A stretch of DNA of 64,000 nucleotides, from positions 1-64,000 of the forward strand of contig CBFFRP010000069.1 in NCBI GenBank assembly GCA_965644295.1, given 5' to 3'. Positions 63,521-64,000 of the stretch are shown in pieces. Made by a program: the position numbers and the translations under genes. How positions within the stretch are numbered: the first letter of the stretch is position 1; every line of letters starts with the position of its first letter. The notes beneath the pieces were generated by a model, which did not search any database, was not told the origin of the DNA, and worked only from the letters and a program-made list of their open reading frames with translations. Source of the stretch: Paraphysomonas bandaiensis. Lineage: Eukaryota; Protista; Chrysophyceae.

Positions 63521-64000
63521 ATTAATGTCAGATTTAAAACAGATCTAAGTAGTCTGTACCGGGGTTCAATACTTGTTAAGAAAAATGTACAACGTCCTCT
63601 TGCACGGGAAAAGTTCAGATCAATGCCCAGTGATGTTTATTTTACATTCAGCAGAGGAGCCGAATTGAGGGAGGGGTGATTCAGTGATATGAAAAGGGTG
63701 TGGGTGTGGGTGTGGGAGACAGTCAGAAATAGTACACCGTATTTTTATATGAGTATTTGCAATTCGGCAGGAGGAAACCATATCTGGATATCTGGATATC
63801 ATACAGCAGTACAGCAAATCCTACACCAGTATACCATATGCTCTGTATCATCTGCTGTATATGGTGGTGTGGGGAGGAATGAGCTGACAGCGCTCTATCT
63901 ATCCATCACCTTTTCCATTATCCCATCTCGCGAGGAATACCCCAAGAATATCACAACTTGCAACACAATGGATATAACTTGTCAACGACATTTATTTTCC

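Noticed and set aside
1-64000. Fanzor/TnpB, Helitron, Polinton or endogenous viral genes; tRNA or rRNA genes
   Set aside because: No RuvC, HUH-helicase, pPolB, capsid, cloverleaf or rRNA signature recognised. Degenerate relics in 51100-55500 cannot be excluded without a search.

Overview
Eukaryotic nuclear DNA with short GT-AG introns (about 40-60 nt). Gene content suggests a stramenopile or ochrophyte-like protist (inference). The first 7.8 kb is repeat-dense: a 233-bp dimeric tandem array built from covarying hairpins, a ~23-bp G/T/A satellite interrupted by a 5'-truncated LINE (15-bp TSD), and a 681-bp chimeric tandem array. A full-length Ty1/Copia element (12489-20181) has identical 294-bp LTRs with non-canonical TA...TA ends, yet it is internally broken: two frameshifts, a 1.2-kb insertion and a 692-bp duplication with foreign filler. 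A non-coding SINE-like family recurs more than 10 times; it shares its 3' terminal motif and 15-bp TSD length with the LINE and starts with an HDV-ribozyme-like structured head. DNA-transposon relics (hAT, pogo, MITE) are present. Host genes: RluA pseudouridine synthase, a J-domain protein, an intronless processive GT2, mitochondrial-type glutamine synthetase III, an LRR/EF-hand protein, an S10 carboxypeptidase, a predicted type-I membrane protein with nine cytoplasmic Tudor-like repeats, a Nudix hydrolase, AP-1 mu, a Rab21 pseudogene, an ASF1-like protein and an ABHD12-like hydrolase. All alignments and folds were done by eye.
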